A stretch of 64,000 bases of DNA, from contig NC_058368.1 of assembly GCF_018350175.1 (NCBI RefSeq), forward strand, positions 71,302,001 to 71,366,000, read 5' to 3'. Under the pieces are notes generated by a model. That model searched no databases and was not told where the DNA came from. It saw only the letters and a program-made list of their open reading frames with translations. A program made the translations under genes and the position numbers. The stretch's first letter is position 1. The number at the start of each line of letters is the position of its first letter. Source of the DNA: Felis catus (Eukaryota). Below, one piece after another: positions 21,171 through 34,854 of this stretch.

Positions 21171-22694
21171 ATTACTGCCTTTCTTTCAAGAAAATTATTT
21201 AAAACCCTGCTTGACCATTGTTTTGTCTGATCTAAGTGGCATGGGAGCTGAGGGGTGTACGGGTGGTGTCAGTTGTAACTTGAGAACTCCAAAAGCCTAT
21301 GTCAGGGTGGTGATCACGTGTTTGAAGGGAGTCACGCTGGCTGGTAAAACATTTTAAGGATATCATTTTGCTGGGATTTATGCTTACTGGATGTTGATGT
21401 AAAATGAAGCTTAGCCTATTATATATGATGTCCGTTTTCTCCCTCAGTCAATTTACAGGCTTGACTTAAATGAGGGGAGAAGATTGCATTCTGAAATCTC
21501 ATTTATCAGAAGTTAGGAAGGCCCTGATTGGATTTTTGAGAAAGACAGAAATATCAGGTGATCTGAGCGCATTAAAATTGTCGCATATTTACTACAACTG
21601 AAGGTAGAAATTTTCTGAAGCAAAAGTCGGAATTTTTGAAATACTGCACTCATGTTTAATAAACTTCATTTGGCTCACAGTTTCCACCCATGTTTGCTTT
21701 ATTCCAATTACCATTATTGGTTTCGCAGAGTATTCTAGACTCACACTATCACAGGACTCATGCTGTATTGTGATTTTAATTGCTTGGCATATTGCATCCT
21801 CTTAGTTGGTATGTCAACTAAGGGAGCAGTGATAACATCTCTGTCTTGTCTGTCATGGTATCCCTAGATTTAGCACAGTGCCTGACACAGCATGGCTCCT
21901 TGACAGGTACTTGTAGAATGAATGCATGACTAGCTGTTGAGTTGTATACCAAAGAAGTCTGTAATTGAGATCTGGTTGTTGTTGGACTTCAGAGAAAGAG
22001 GAGACGTGTCTGGATGAACACTGGTTGTGTATAACCTCATCATCATCCTCTGATGACCATATAACCCTTTACAGACTAGTGAGAGGTGTTTTTCTGTATA
22101 CTTAAATGTTTGATTGCCCATGCTGCTTTTCCAAATCCTAGTTGTCTTTTTCCCTCAAATGCTTCCCTTTTTGTGTGAAGCCTTTGATTTCCCCATTGGA
22201 CTCCTATTTATTTACTTTTAGCTTTTTTAGTGCATTTACTGTCTACCGTGTATTATTTCTGTCGTTTGGTACGTATTGTTTGTTCTCCCAGACTGTAAAC
22301 TCCTTGTGTGCAGAAATCAGATCTGTCCAAGCCAGCATGCTTCTAAGAGTAGAAAGGGACGCTAGTCAGGTGGATGCTAGGGTTGTAGTTATGTCCTAGG
22401 ACTGTGCCAGGCATACCTGAGGTATGCTCACTGTCAGTAGTCAGTGCATCGTCTTTGACTTGTTGAATAAGCACTGGCCACCTGAACCTGTTCACAAGCA
22501 TGTGAGATGGCATGAGAAGGTGACAGGGTCTTAGTCTTGTCTTATTTCCATTACTTTACCCATTTAGTGACAGTGGGCAGTTGATTCCATCCCTTGGATC
22601 CTAATTTTACTGACCTGTCAGTAGGGATGATTATTTATGGCCAGCTGGTTTCTTAGCCTCTCCCTCTTTTTAAGCATAAGATACAAAAAACCTT

Positions 22695-22927
22695 TAAAAA
22701 TTTTTTAAAAATGTTTATTTACCTTTGAGAGAGAGAGAGAGAGAACACGCATGCAACAGAGCGTGAGCAGGGGAGAGGCAGAGAGAGGGAGACACAGAAT
22801 CCGAAGCAGGCTCCAGGCTCTGAGCTGTCAGCACAGAGCCCACCGCGGGGCTTGAACTCATGAACTACGGGATCATGACCTGTGCCGAAGTCGGATGCTT
22901 AACCAACTGAGCCACCCAGCCGCCCCC
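22695..22927 (-). mobile_element. Can-SINE
   Basis: Full antisense copy; TSD caaaaaaccttt. Confidence 0.9.
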
Positions 22928-25762
22928 AAAAAACCTTTTAAAACTGAGATGTTCTACATTACTGTGGATTCTAGAATAAATTAAGGACTTTAACTTTGTG
23001 AACAAACTAGAAACCTGCGGACTGAAATGTTTATCTGTAAAGTGGTGTTTAGGATAAAGGAAGCCTGAAAATAGTGCCCTGTAGACAGTGTTAAATAAGT
23101 CAATAAAAAATATTAGTATTTATTTAACTTTAAAAAATTAAAAAAAATGTTTCCCACCTAGAGAAAAATTAACCTCTATTTGGGTCATTCCACTACATCT
23201 TCTTGTCACTTTCTCTTCATTGCATTCTAGTTAATAACTAAACCAAAGAGTGAAAGTTGCAGGCTGATGGGTTAGACTGTGCTGAATAGAGTGGGGAATT
23301 AGTCTGTTGTTCTTGGCAGTTAATTAAAAATCATGATCTCTGCTTTTTTAGCATTCCGTTCAGTATTTGAAATAAGCTTTATACTGTTGGTTATCCTAGA
23401 GTATGGCAAGTAAGTGTGCTAACAAAAAAGAATATCCCAACTTTCAGTAGAGTATGGTTTACTCACAAACCATGGTTCTTATTTCCATCTAGTAGTGGTA
23501 TCGAAAACTTGATGTGTTCCAGAAAGCAGTAAATTAAGCAAGGAGTGTGGAAGGACTTCTGCTTGTAGTAAATTTTACAATAAATTCATAAATATTTTCA
23601 AAGGAAATAAGAAAGGTACATAATTCAGATCATATCCCAGAGCAATTAAAAAATTTAAATTAAATTTAATACCTAATATTTGGACTAAACAAAAGTTCAC
23701 TGGCCTTTCACCAGTTTACCACCTTACTATTCTTAGTCACTACTGGCAGTAAATATTAATGGACTGTGAGGAATGAACAGGAAGCTGAGTCATGAGACAT
23801 CTGTATTAACACCCCCTCATGCTAATTCAAGTATTATTAAATCTGAAGTTATTTTTTTACTTACACTGTAAAATTGCTTATCTAATTTCATAGTTATTAT
23901 ATGGTATATTCCAAAGTTGTACTAGAAAAGTATTTGTTTTCAATCCAAAAGTACCAATTAATTTTAGTATTCATGAAACATTAAAAATAATTGGATCAGG
24001 GAGAAATGAAAGCACCTCATTTTTAATATCCAGAATGTGGGGATATAAAATATTTTATGTGAAGAGCATAGAAGGAAATTACAACTTCATAACTAATTTC
24101 TGTGTCCAGTTTACATAAGGAGAACCTTAGCACTACATAACAAATTTAAATGTGAAGCTTCTTACTTTGTCCTTTAAAAAACATACATTCTAAAAGAAAA
24201 ACTTGAAAATGTGTACCTGTATCTTTAATGAAAGCATTATTGCCATTATAATATAAATTAACTTCTTGAAGATGCCAGGTCTCTGGGTGATAAATTTAGC
24301 AATTTCTTCTGAGAAAATTTAGTGTTATTGAACTCATTGCCAGTATTTTGCTAATGTATTTTTTAAAATGTTCTAAATATTAAAACTAGAGTTTCTTTAA
24401 AGGAGGGGAGGCTAGGATTCATCCCAACATCTGACTTTTTACTTAACTCTAATTTTCTAAAGCGATTGCTGAGGAAGTTATTGAATTTATTTTCTCTGGG
24501 TATTTTCTCTATTGCTTTTCTTTGATTCTTGTCATTGCAAGGAGTCTGAGAGTTTACATGATAAAGGAAATCTGTGGAACTAATCCTAGAAACCTCTTTC
24601 TGTTTTCTCACATAACACCTCCAGGCACAGAAAAGACAAAATACTTCATTTGCATTCTCAAACATTAGGAACTTAGAATGAGTCTTTCAGCTGGAAATGT
24701 TATTGCATCTACATTTCCCCTGAAGAAAAAAAAAAGGTTAACAGCCCACTCAGGTTTATGTGAACTCATCTCTTTTTAGTATCCTGATCTGCACAAAGAG
24801 TAGAGAACGGTGAAGCTTAAGTGCCCAGCGTCTTTCTTCTTTACAATCAGTTAGACTCTGGAAATAGATCTCAGTGCTGATTACAAGGAAATAAAAAGAA
24901 AAAACCAGATAGGCACAAAAGAGATGGCAAACACCGACAGACTTTAATCTTAATCTTCTAAAGTGGAAAGAACATTTCCAGTGTGAATATAGGATCTACT
25001 AACTAGAATTAAAAAAAAAAAACAAAAACCAAAAACATTTTCCCTGTGAGCTTGAAAAGCTGACCCAGGAACTACAGAGATATTCAGCGATTTATAGTTT
25101 TTTAAAAAGGTTTTTATTAAATTAAAATGTACCAAATGTATCAAAAACCTCTTGTTTGCCCTAAGTACCTTTGTCAGAAACCCAACATTTAATAAAAGAA
25201 ATTTAACCATTTTCTGACTTAGTAATAGTTGGAAAGTAGAAATGGAATCATTCCACTACCAAATATTAGAAGTAGAAAGTCTTCTTTTGCTGTAATGCTC
25301 ACTTCCTGTGAATGAAAAACAAGGTTTTATGTGTAACTATATTCCTCACCTAGAAAACCTGACTTCTGCCAATTGTTACAGTGGGGAAAGTTACTACTAG
25401 TCTGTTTCTCTAACTAAATATTGTACATGGCGATCATCTGGAAGTAATAATATTACTTGAGTGCACTATGCCAAGTAGACACTTAATACAAAATATACAC
25501 TAGACTGAATGAAATCCAGATACTGGTAATATTGAAAGAGAAAGAGACAGATTCCTTTGGTTAAACTAAGTCACAGCATATACAGTGTACCATAAGCTAA
25601 ATACAGTTTGTAAGTATGTCATTAAGTTTCAGTTGATCTTGTGATTAAGATCCCAAACAAATGAAAAAATTGTGTTTATGTTTACATTTAGAATTTTAAA
25701 ATAGAACCTTTGTCTCTCCTCTGTCACCTATCTCCCATATCAGTCAAATTCATTAATGTTCT

Positions 25763-25973
25763 GGGGTGCCTGGGTGGCTCAGTCGGTTAAGCGGCCGACT
25801 TCAGCTCAGGTCATGATCTCGCCGTCCGTGGGTTCGAGCCCTGCGTCTGTGCTGACAGCTCAGAGCCTGGAGACTGTTTCGGATTCTGTGTCTCCCTCTC
25901 TCTGACCCTCCCCTGTTCATGCTCTGTCTCTCCCTGTCTCAAAAATAAATAAAACGTTAAAAAAAATTAAAAA
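25763..25973 (+). mobile_element. Can-SINE
   Basis: Exact 17-bp TSD AAATTCATTAATGTTCT (25746-25762 / 25974-25990). Confidence 0.93.
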
Positions 25974-27639
25974 AAATTCATTAATGTTCTTAATCCTAAT
26001 TTTTTTAGTCACATAAATTGGGTTCTTAATGCATGGTGAGCTGACTAGCACATTAAAGAAAATGACTCTTGTAAATGTAGGGCGTTGGAGGCTGATGACA
26101 CCCTTTTCTAGGGTTGTTCTGCACCCCTCTTTATTGATACCCCACAGTCCACGTGGAGGAAAATGAATTAGGATTTGGACTCCAGTCTTCTTTAATCACA
26201 CACAGGTACACTGCACAGCCTGAGGCCTCTGGTAGAATATTGGATGGTGAGGGTGGGAGTGTTCACCCCCCTACTTGTCTGCTCCTGGTCCAGCCATTGG
26301 TTTCACTCCTATAAGCTGATGGCTACTGTGAAATTGTTTTTGAAATTTTTATCATAAAACAAAAGATACAGGAAAAACTATGCAAGACAAATGTGTGGCT
26401 TGCCTAGGGTAAATTAATCTCGGAATCACTACATAGGTCTAGACATGAGACGTTTGCCCTGATTCTTGTCCATGTGACCCATGTCCATCTTAGCCTCCAG
26501 TCTTTCCCTATATGTGCTCACTACTTGACTTTTGTAGTAATCATTTTCTTGCATTTAAAAATAATTCTGTGGTCCAAACGTGCATCCCTAGACACTATGG
26601 TTTGTCTTGCCCATTTATTTTAAGCTTTCATGTCTTTTAAATTTCTCTTAATCCATAGGTTCTCTTTTCATACCTTTTCCTTACAATTTTCTGTTGAAGA
26701 ACCCTGGGTTATTGACTTGTAGAATTTTTGTCAGACTTGACTTAGTTTATTGCAGACTCGAGTTGCAGGTCAGTGTTTTCCTTCATTCCTGGCATTTTCT
26801 ACAAATTGGATTCCTACACCTGGATTCAGAGAAGGGATCAGATTCAGGTTTTGATGCATTTGGCCAAGACTGTAGGAGCACATTAGTGTCTTGTTAGCAC
26901 TTTTTAAGATCTAAGCAACTGTCGATGCTTACTGTCAATATTTAGTATTTCACTGGATTGCAAAATGGTGATACTTTAACATCTTTTTCATTAATTAATT
27001 AGAATATACTTATAAAGAGACTCTTTGCCACATTTATTGTTTGGTTACCTAGTGGTACGACTCCTATAGAAAGAGCAAGATAAATGCCTAATTCTTTACT
27101 TTTATGTTATGTTTTTGAGATAATGAATCGGTTCCTTATCATTCACAATTGACCCAGTTCTTATAAAAAGTGTCATTATGAAATCATAGATTAAAACATA
27201 TTTTGTAGGCTTAAATCTGTTGGAATTATTAGTGAAGCTTAAGTTGTTTCTCTTAGGCCAGTGGGTCCTAAGTTGGTTCATGCTCTTTTTGACTTGACCT
27301 CGTAATCTTTTATAGCTTCCTTGTTCTCTGGTCTAACAAGACATTCTAGGCTTATGTTTTACATTTCCTGCTCCAGGCCTTTAATCAGCCATCTTATCAA
27401 GATGCATTGGTTTTTTAAAAAATGGTATCGGAGGCCACAGCATGCCAGACATGGTCATTGCTACTCATGGTCACCGTTTGTAGGCCTTTTCAGTTTAGAG
27501 GGCCAGGAAGATATGTGTGTTAACAAGTTTATTTTTTAACATGTTTTATGTTATATATGTGTATTACGTATGATGTATGTGTTAACAATGTTCCATTAAT
27601 AGAATATATAACATTCTAATACATTTAATATGTGTATTT

Positions 27640-27845
27640 ATTAAAAAAATTTTTTTAAACGTTTATTTATTTTTGAGAGAGACAGAGACAGAATGTGAGT
27701 GGGTTAGGGGCAGAGAGAGAGGGAGACACAGAATCTGAAGCAGGCTCCAGGCTCTGTGCTGACGCGGGGCTCGAACTCATGAACTGTGAGATCATGACCT
27801 GAGCTGAAGTTGGATGCTCAACCGACTGAGCCACCCAGGTGCCCC
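27640..27845 (-). mobile_element. Can-SINE
   Basis: TSD taatatgtgtattt. Confidence 0.9.
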
Positions 27846-28409
27846 TAATATGTGTATTTGGATATAATGCTATCCCCAAGCCCAAATAGGGTACATAAAA
27901 TCTAAATATATAATATAGATGTTGCATAATATATATACTATATTATAAATATGCAACAATTTTCTTGTATATATAACATGAAATAAAAGTATATAGACTG
28001 TGCTTTATGTGAGATTAAAAATACCTCCTGTGTTTATAGTGATACTTTTAATTAAAATTCAGGATTGCAGAACTTTTACTTACCCTCTTCTTTGTCATTC
28101 TTTCGTATTTAGAGTTCTGACTCTCAGGGACAGGGGAGATGATGAAATTAGAAGCCTTCATAATTACTTGTCAGTAGTACACACACAGCAACCTCAGGAT
28201 AGCAGTGTCAACACCGATATGATTACTGAAAACATTAAAGAAGTTTTACACATCATCTTTCTATTCTTCCCTCGCTTTAAAAGTAGTTGTACTGTATCTG
28301 TACTGTCAGAAAATACAGCTAGTATAAAGTATACTCTCTCAGGTAGCTATAGACCATTTATGTTGACCTCTTTTTAGTCATTTTGGTTTTCTGAAGCTCA
28401 TTCTATAGT

Positions 28410-28695
28410 AAAGGAGTGGGCAAACTTTTTTGTAAAGGTCCAGGTGGCAATTATTTTTGGCCTTGCAGGCCATCCAATGTGTTGCAAATAGTCTTATTGT
28501 GGTCATGAGAAAGGAGCCATACAACATGTAAACTAATGCTTTCAGCTTCATGTAATTTACATATGTCATGATACAGTATTCTAATTTTTTTTCCATAAAT
28601 GTTTCCCCCCTAAAATCCATTTTTAGAGTGTGGACTGGACAGAAACAGGTAGAAGGCCATATGTGGCTCACAAGCCTGTAGTTTGCAAACCCCTA
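28410..28695. mobile_element. MER58B-like hAT MITE
   Basis: Imperfect terminal inverted repeats aggagtgggcaaac / gtttgcaaacccct, with a MER58-like body. Confidence 0.7.
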
Positions 28696-28872
28696 TTTTA
28701 CTCGATTCCTCAGAAAAAGGCCTGGAGTTGTTGCTTATCATTATGTTTACTCTGCAATACTTGGACATCAGTTTTGTTGGATTTAAAATCCTTGGCTCAT
28801 ACTTTTTCTTGACCACCTTATTCAGTTTTCTTTTGGCATGGATTATTGTTGTCAGAGTCTGGTGATAATTTA

Positions 28873-29098
28873 TTTAAAAAAAAATTTTTTTTTTTTTTTT
28901 AACATTTATTGAGAGACAGACACTGAACATGAGCAGGAAAGGGGCAGAGAGAGAGAAGGGGAGACACAGAATCTGAAGCAGGCTCCAGGCTCTGAACTGT
29001 CAGCACGGAGCCCGACACAGGGCTCGAACTCACAGACCACGAGATCATGACCTGAGTCAAAGCCAGACGCTCAACCGACTGAGCCACCCAGGCGCCCC
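28873..29098 (-). mobile_element. Can-SINE
   Basis: Exact 19-bp TSD AGAGTCTGGTGATAATTTA (28854-28872 / 29099-29117). Confidence 0.93.
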
Positions 29099-29562
29099 AG
29101 AGTCTGGTGATAATTTAAACTTCTCTTTTATATAAATGACATATTCTTTTTTTTCCTTGCATTTTTTCTTTTTCTTTTAAGCAGTATTGCTAGAATGTGT
29201 CATTCTGGGTTGAATTTCTCAGGTTTACTGTAGTATTTCTTTTGCTATGTATTTTCAATTTTAAGACGGTTTTCTTGAAATAGAGTTTTTAGTATTTGCT
29301 TTAATTTACTTCAAAGACTCCTCTTATCCATATGTTGGATTTCTTTATTTTGTCATTTTCTCTTACGTCTTTTAAAAATAGTTTTTTTTCTTGATGTTTA
29401 AATTTAGAATAATGTCTTTCTTTCACTTTCTATTTTTTGTAAGGCATTAGCTGTTTTCTTTATTCACTCTTGAGTTTCCTCTGGGCTCGTCTTCATTTCT
29501 AGAAAGATATTTTAATTTCTGATTGCATCTTGAGGTCAGTCACTTCATTTCTGAACATTTCT

Positions 29563-29795
29563 TTTTTTTTTTTTTTTTAATTTTTTTTTCAACGTTTTTT
29601 ATTTATTTTTGGGACAGAGACAGACATAGCATGAACGGGGGAGGGGCAGAGAGACAGGGAGACACAGAATCGGAAGCAGGCTCCAGGCTCCGAGCCATCA
29701 GCCCAGAGCCTGACGCGGGGCTCGAACCCACGGACCGCGAGATCGTGACCTGGCTGAAGTCGGACGCTTAACCGACTGCGCCACCCAGGCGCCCC
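29563..29795 (-). mobile_element. Young SINEC_Fc copy
   Basis: CpG-intact, long T tail, exact 17-bp TSD CATTTCTGAACATTTCT (29546-29562 / 29796-29812). Confidence 0.95.
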
Positions 29796-30199
29796 CATTT
29801 CTGAACATTTCTAATACTGACTTATGTTTTATAATGTGTTCTATTACTTTAACATGTTTTTCAGCTTGTTTTGAAACAGCAGGTAACAGTTTTAATCTAT
29901 TATGTGTTGGTATGTTTTTCTCTTTTTTTTTTTTCTTTCCTTCATATACAGTATTCTCGTCCATATTTTTTTTCCTTACAAAAACATTGTATGGGATTTT
30001 ATCTTGACCTTTTTATTTCCTTAGTTTTATGTGTGAAGTTAGTTTTCTTCTATATTGCTTTTTTAAAAGAGCTGCATATTTTTTTTTAAATGAGTGATAC
30101 ATGTCCAAGAAGTTTAAGTACTTGAACAGAGATAGCAGGAAAAGGTTTATTCTGAGGACTTGAGAACATGAATTAACCTTGTAATCTCCCTATTACTAA

Positions 30200-30400
30200 T
30201 TTTTGTAAGTTTATTTATTTGAGAGCATGTGTGTGCCAGCAAGGGGAGGGGCAGAGAGAGAGGAGAGAAGGAATTCCAAGCTGACCCCACGCTGTCAGCG
30301 CAGAGCCCAACATAGGTCTCAAACCCATAAATGGTGAGATCATGACCTGAGCCAACCTTAAGAGCCAGACGCTTAACTGACTGAACTGCCCAGGCGCTCC
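30200..30400 (-). mobile_element. Can-SINE
   Basis: Diverged antisense copy. Confidence 0.82.
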
Positions 30401-31087
30401 AATTCTTTTTGATGTTCATACTGTTACCATATTCAAGAGTTAACCTTTCTATCTGCTACTATATGCTTTTGACATAATCATACTATTTTTGGAAGCTTTT
30501 TCACTGGCTCGCTTTTTTATCTCATGTACTAAGTTCCCTGCACCAATCCTGAATTGACCTTTTCTAACTGAAGTGTATTTTGTATTATTCCTTTCTTTTA
30601 GCAAGGAATACATTAAGGTCTGGAATCTGAGTCCATTGGGCAGTTCCGCAATTTTTTCATGGCTATGTCTCTTGTCTGACCCTGGTTTTACAATCATCGA
30701 AGTAGTAATTCTTGGTGAGCCTAATGTGTATGCATTTAAAAGAAATCTGAATTCATAGTAAAACAGTTTAGTAACTTGTATTTCTGAGAATTTATTATGC
30801 ATCAGACATTTTTTACAAGTGATGATTATTTCTGTTCTTCATTTACAACATAAAGCCTATTGTAAGTTAAATCTCATTATTCCCCTAAGATGCTGTTCAA
30901 AACCAACCCTTTTTCTTATTCTTCTATCAAAATTTGACCAGAATCATAAAATCACAGAATTTAGGAAGGGGAAGGAATCTTAGAGCAGTGATTTTGGCTT
31001 TTTGGATTTTGATTTTCAGCTTTTTGGATATTCCTGTATATCACTCTTAAAATGTTTTCCAATGCCATTTAAAAAACACCCACTTTT

Positions 31088-31310
31088 TGGGACGCCTGGG
31101 AAGCTTAGTCAGTTAAGCATCTGACTTCGGCTCAGATCATGATCTCACGGCTTGTGAGTTTGAGCCCTGCATCGGTCTCTGTGCTGACAGCTCAGAGCCT
31201 GGATCCTGCTTCGGATTCTGTCTCCCTCTCTCTCTGCCCCTCCTCCACTTGTGCTCTGTCTCTATCTGTCTAAAAAATAAATAATGAACATTAAAAAATA
31301 TTAAAAAAAC
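31088..31310 (+). mobile_element. Can-SINE
   Basis: gggacgcctgggaagcttagtcagttaagc head, CT tract, A tail. Confidence 0.88.
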
Positions 31311-34145
31311 ACTTTTTTTCCATGACTGTAAGACATCTATCTGCCTTCAGGTATTATATGTATCATTCATGGTAAATTTACAAAGTCCCTGAAAAGCATA
31401 TTTTCAGAAGTAAATTGTATTGCTGTGGGATGTCAAAAAGACTTACTGTGAGTGAAGGAAATTGACAATTAGATGGATAACAATAAGATACAGGGTTAAC
31501 AGAAGATTATGAAGAGGGTGGATAAATTCTTGCCTTACCTTCTAAATCATGCAATGACTTTGGTCAAAATCTCAGAACTTTTAAAACCTGTTCCATCACT
31601 TTGCGGTTATCATACTGTCTTACCCTAACTGCATCCTTGCTCTATTGGTCAAGGAGTTGTGGGAGTCAGGAGCCAGGATTCTGCATTCTCATTTTGCTTT
31701 AATTACATTTAAAGGCTAACCCAGGGAATACTACCAAAATGTAGATAAAAAGGAAATTGGTTCATTGGAACATCTGTTTGAGTAGTTAGTTACCCAGCTT
31801 ACTACTGACTAATTTTCTTTTCTGTTGAATGGGACGAAAAGAATAGTTACTAAATACTTGATGTGAGCTTTTTTTCTTGGTAGTTTTTGCATTTTGGGGT
31901 GAGTAATTTTTCTCAAATCAGAATGCATGAGAAAAATCTAGTTGATGAGTGGTTCCTAGTTGTTGGGCCCTTGTTAATCAGAACTTTTACTCTACAGTCG
32001 TAATGTATTTTGGATGTTCTCATTTATATTATTTCTCGAACTGTCTGCGTGGGTATTCTGACTACTTGGTTACATCTATCTAGCATAGTGGTATTTTAAA
32101 ACAGCATGTATAATAAAAATTCCTCCATCTTAGCAAGTGAAATGAGAATATGGAAAGACAGTTGATAGTTGAAATATGATTGTTTTCTTTTGACTTAGCA
32201 TTTAGTGAGTTGCAGGTTTGGGATAAAGAGAAATGAATATGGTAGTTGCTGTGGTAGTTTATTGAGCTGGAGACCAACAGCATGTGGAGATGCGGGCCTG
32301 CAGTCACATTCCCCTCTTATAGAGAAGCTCCACTTTTCATGTGTTCTATCTACATTTTGGGGTTCCACAAAAGATTTTTTTTTTAATTAAGAAAAGTTTG
32401 TCCTATTACAACTAAATACAAACATTTGATGGAGAGGTACTTTATGAGCATCTATTTTGGCTGAAAAGGTTTCTTACCTAGCATTATGCCATTTGTAACT
32501 GGTAATTGTAGGTATTTGGGTTCCTGTGATGTATTTTAGGGTCCCTGTGGACCTTGCTGTCATACTATTCTCATGTTCTCTTTTTATCAGGACTTCTGGT
32601 TAACAGATAACTGATAGTTGTGATATTCAGCTTGATGTTTTACATTATTTTATTTAATCCTTCAACCAGACTTGCAAGGTGGTGGCTATTCCTATTATCA
32701 CACAAAGAAAAGGAGGCTTTATTATTTTAGAATCTAAAAATTCCCTTCTGTCTTGTTTTTGGGCATGAGGGAAAGTATACATCCTGAGTTTAAAAGCATC
32801 AGCTTTTCTATGCATTTTATCTGAGTGATTTCATCTGCAACTTTCAATTCTTTCCTTCATTTAATGCCTTTGAAACTCCGTATCTCAGCCTGGACTCATC
32901 TTAGAGCCTCTAGACCTCTCTGTCAGCTTTCTGAACACTATCTCATTGACCTCTCAGTTTAGCATGTGCAAAATTTAAGTCATCGTATGTCCTAATTATT
33001 TATCTCTTTGTACATTCCTTTTGTTGATTCCCTGTTCTCCTTCCACCTTCTGCTGTGGGTGTGTGTAATCTTCTTGGTTCATAATGACCGAGAGGCCAAT
33101 CCAAGCAACACACTGCAGTAACCACTCTGGATAATACAGGGAGAATGAAGCTCCCCCAAGGCAAGTCTTTTTAGGTGCCAAGGCCAATAGATAGAATGTG
33201 AGACATAAAATACACGGTTTATTCTTTATACCGACCCAACCAAAGATCACTGGAGAATCGATAGGCACCTTACCCAGATGGTGCCCAGCATACAATCTGG
33301 TTTTCCTTTTTTTTATGTTTAATCTTCATTCTTTACCCAATAACCTCATTCTTTACTTCAGCAAGGCTCACCTTTACTTCTGTAAATCATGCTCTGTAGT
33401 GGCACTAATAACTACATCATATTTTGTTCTGTCCCTAATTAGTTCATTAGCAAAATTCACTAGCATTTTGTTCATTATAATACCACAAATACAGAGGGGG
33501 TAGATCTATTGCTGGGGAACTAAATATGAGTTATACAGAACAGTTTTTGTTGAAACTGTAACTCTACCTGGTAAATTCCCACTGTATTCTTGACTCATTT
33601 CTTATAGTCAGAAAGATGTAAACATTCTCTACTTTCTTTTGTCTATTTCCCTGAGGTGTCTGTGATCTCGTTCCCTCGAGTTAGCGGATATCCTGTGGTT
33701 TTCATCCATGTTGTCCCCTGTGTTTAGCTCTAAGCCTAGCACAGAGTTGGTATTTAATAAAAGTGGATATTTGTGTTGAACTGGGCAGTGTGCTGCAGGG
33801 TTTAGAGAATACAAAGATTTATAAGGTGTTTTAAAGGTGAACCTACTGTTTAGGTTAGGTGGCAGCATACTATATATAAAAAATAACACCACAGCCGTGG
33901 CTTTTCCAGAGAATACTGTTAACATCAAGCAGGAACTCTTCTTTGTTATTTTTCTTTGACCCGACTTTGTTTTCTATATCTTTGTGTACTTTAACTATAT
34001 ACGACATTATATATTTTAATATATTGGCTCAAATGCTTGCTTTTATGTTGTTTTGGGTGGGTAAAGGATTAGTAAATATATGTATGGGTTTTTCTTTTTA
34101 TAAGGTTGTGACTCTGTATCAAGCACTGTATTGTTTTTCTTATAA

Positions 34146-34412
<267 letters not shown>

Positions 34413-34439
34413 TAAATCAGTATTGTTGACCCTGGTTTA

Positions 34440-34558
34440 TTTTATTTTTTAAAAATGTTTTATTTTTAAGTAATCTCTACATCCACCATGGGGCCCGAAC
34501 TTAGAACCCCAAGATCAAGAGTCACCTTGCTCTACCAACTGAGTCATCCAGGCACCGC
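34440..34558 (-). mobile_element. Older carnivore SINE
   Basis: ttttaagtaatctctaca...aagatcaagagtcac...ccaggcacc. Confidence 0.78.
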
Positions 34559-34584
34559 TGGATTGTTTTAAATGGCATAAGTTC

Positions 34585-34796
34585 GGGGTGCCTGGGTGGC
34601 TCAATCAGTTAAGTGTCTGACTTCGGCTCAGGTCATGATCTCGCTGTCCGTGGGTTCGAGCCCCGCGTCGGGCTCTGTGCTGACAGCTCAGAGCCTGGAG
34701 CCTGTTTCGGATTCTGTGTCTCCCTCTTTCTCTGACCCTCTCCTGTTCATGCTCTCTCTCTCTCTGTCTCAAAAATAAATAAATGTTAAAAAAAAT
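34585..34796 (+). mobile_element. Can-SINE
   Basis: Exact TSD AATGGCATAAGTT (34571-34583 / 34797-34809). Confidence 0.92.
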
Positions 34797-34854
34797 AATG
34801 GCATAAGTTAAAAGGAGCAAGAAGCCACTTATGCATTGTATTTCACGATCAATT

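Larger units (their letters stand above)
26340..30070 (-). mobile_element. Ancient L1 (L1MC/MD/ME-type) fragments, interrupted by SINEs and MER58
   Basis: Long T-rich degenerate L1-like sequence, e.g. gatgtttgttgaagaaccctgg-like, aagacattctaggcttatg...tcctgctccaggcct, aaatccttggctcatactttttcttg. Boundaries approximate. Confidence 0.5.
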
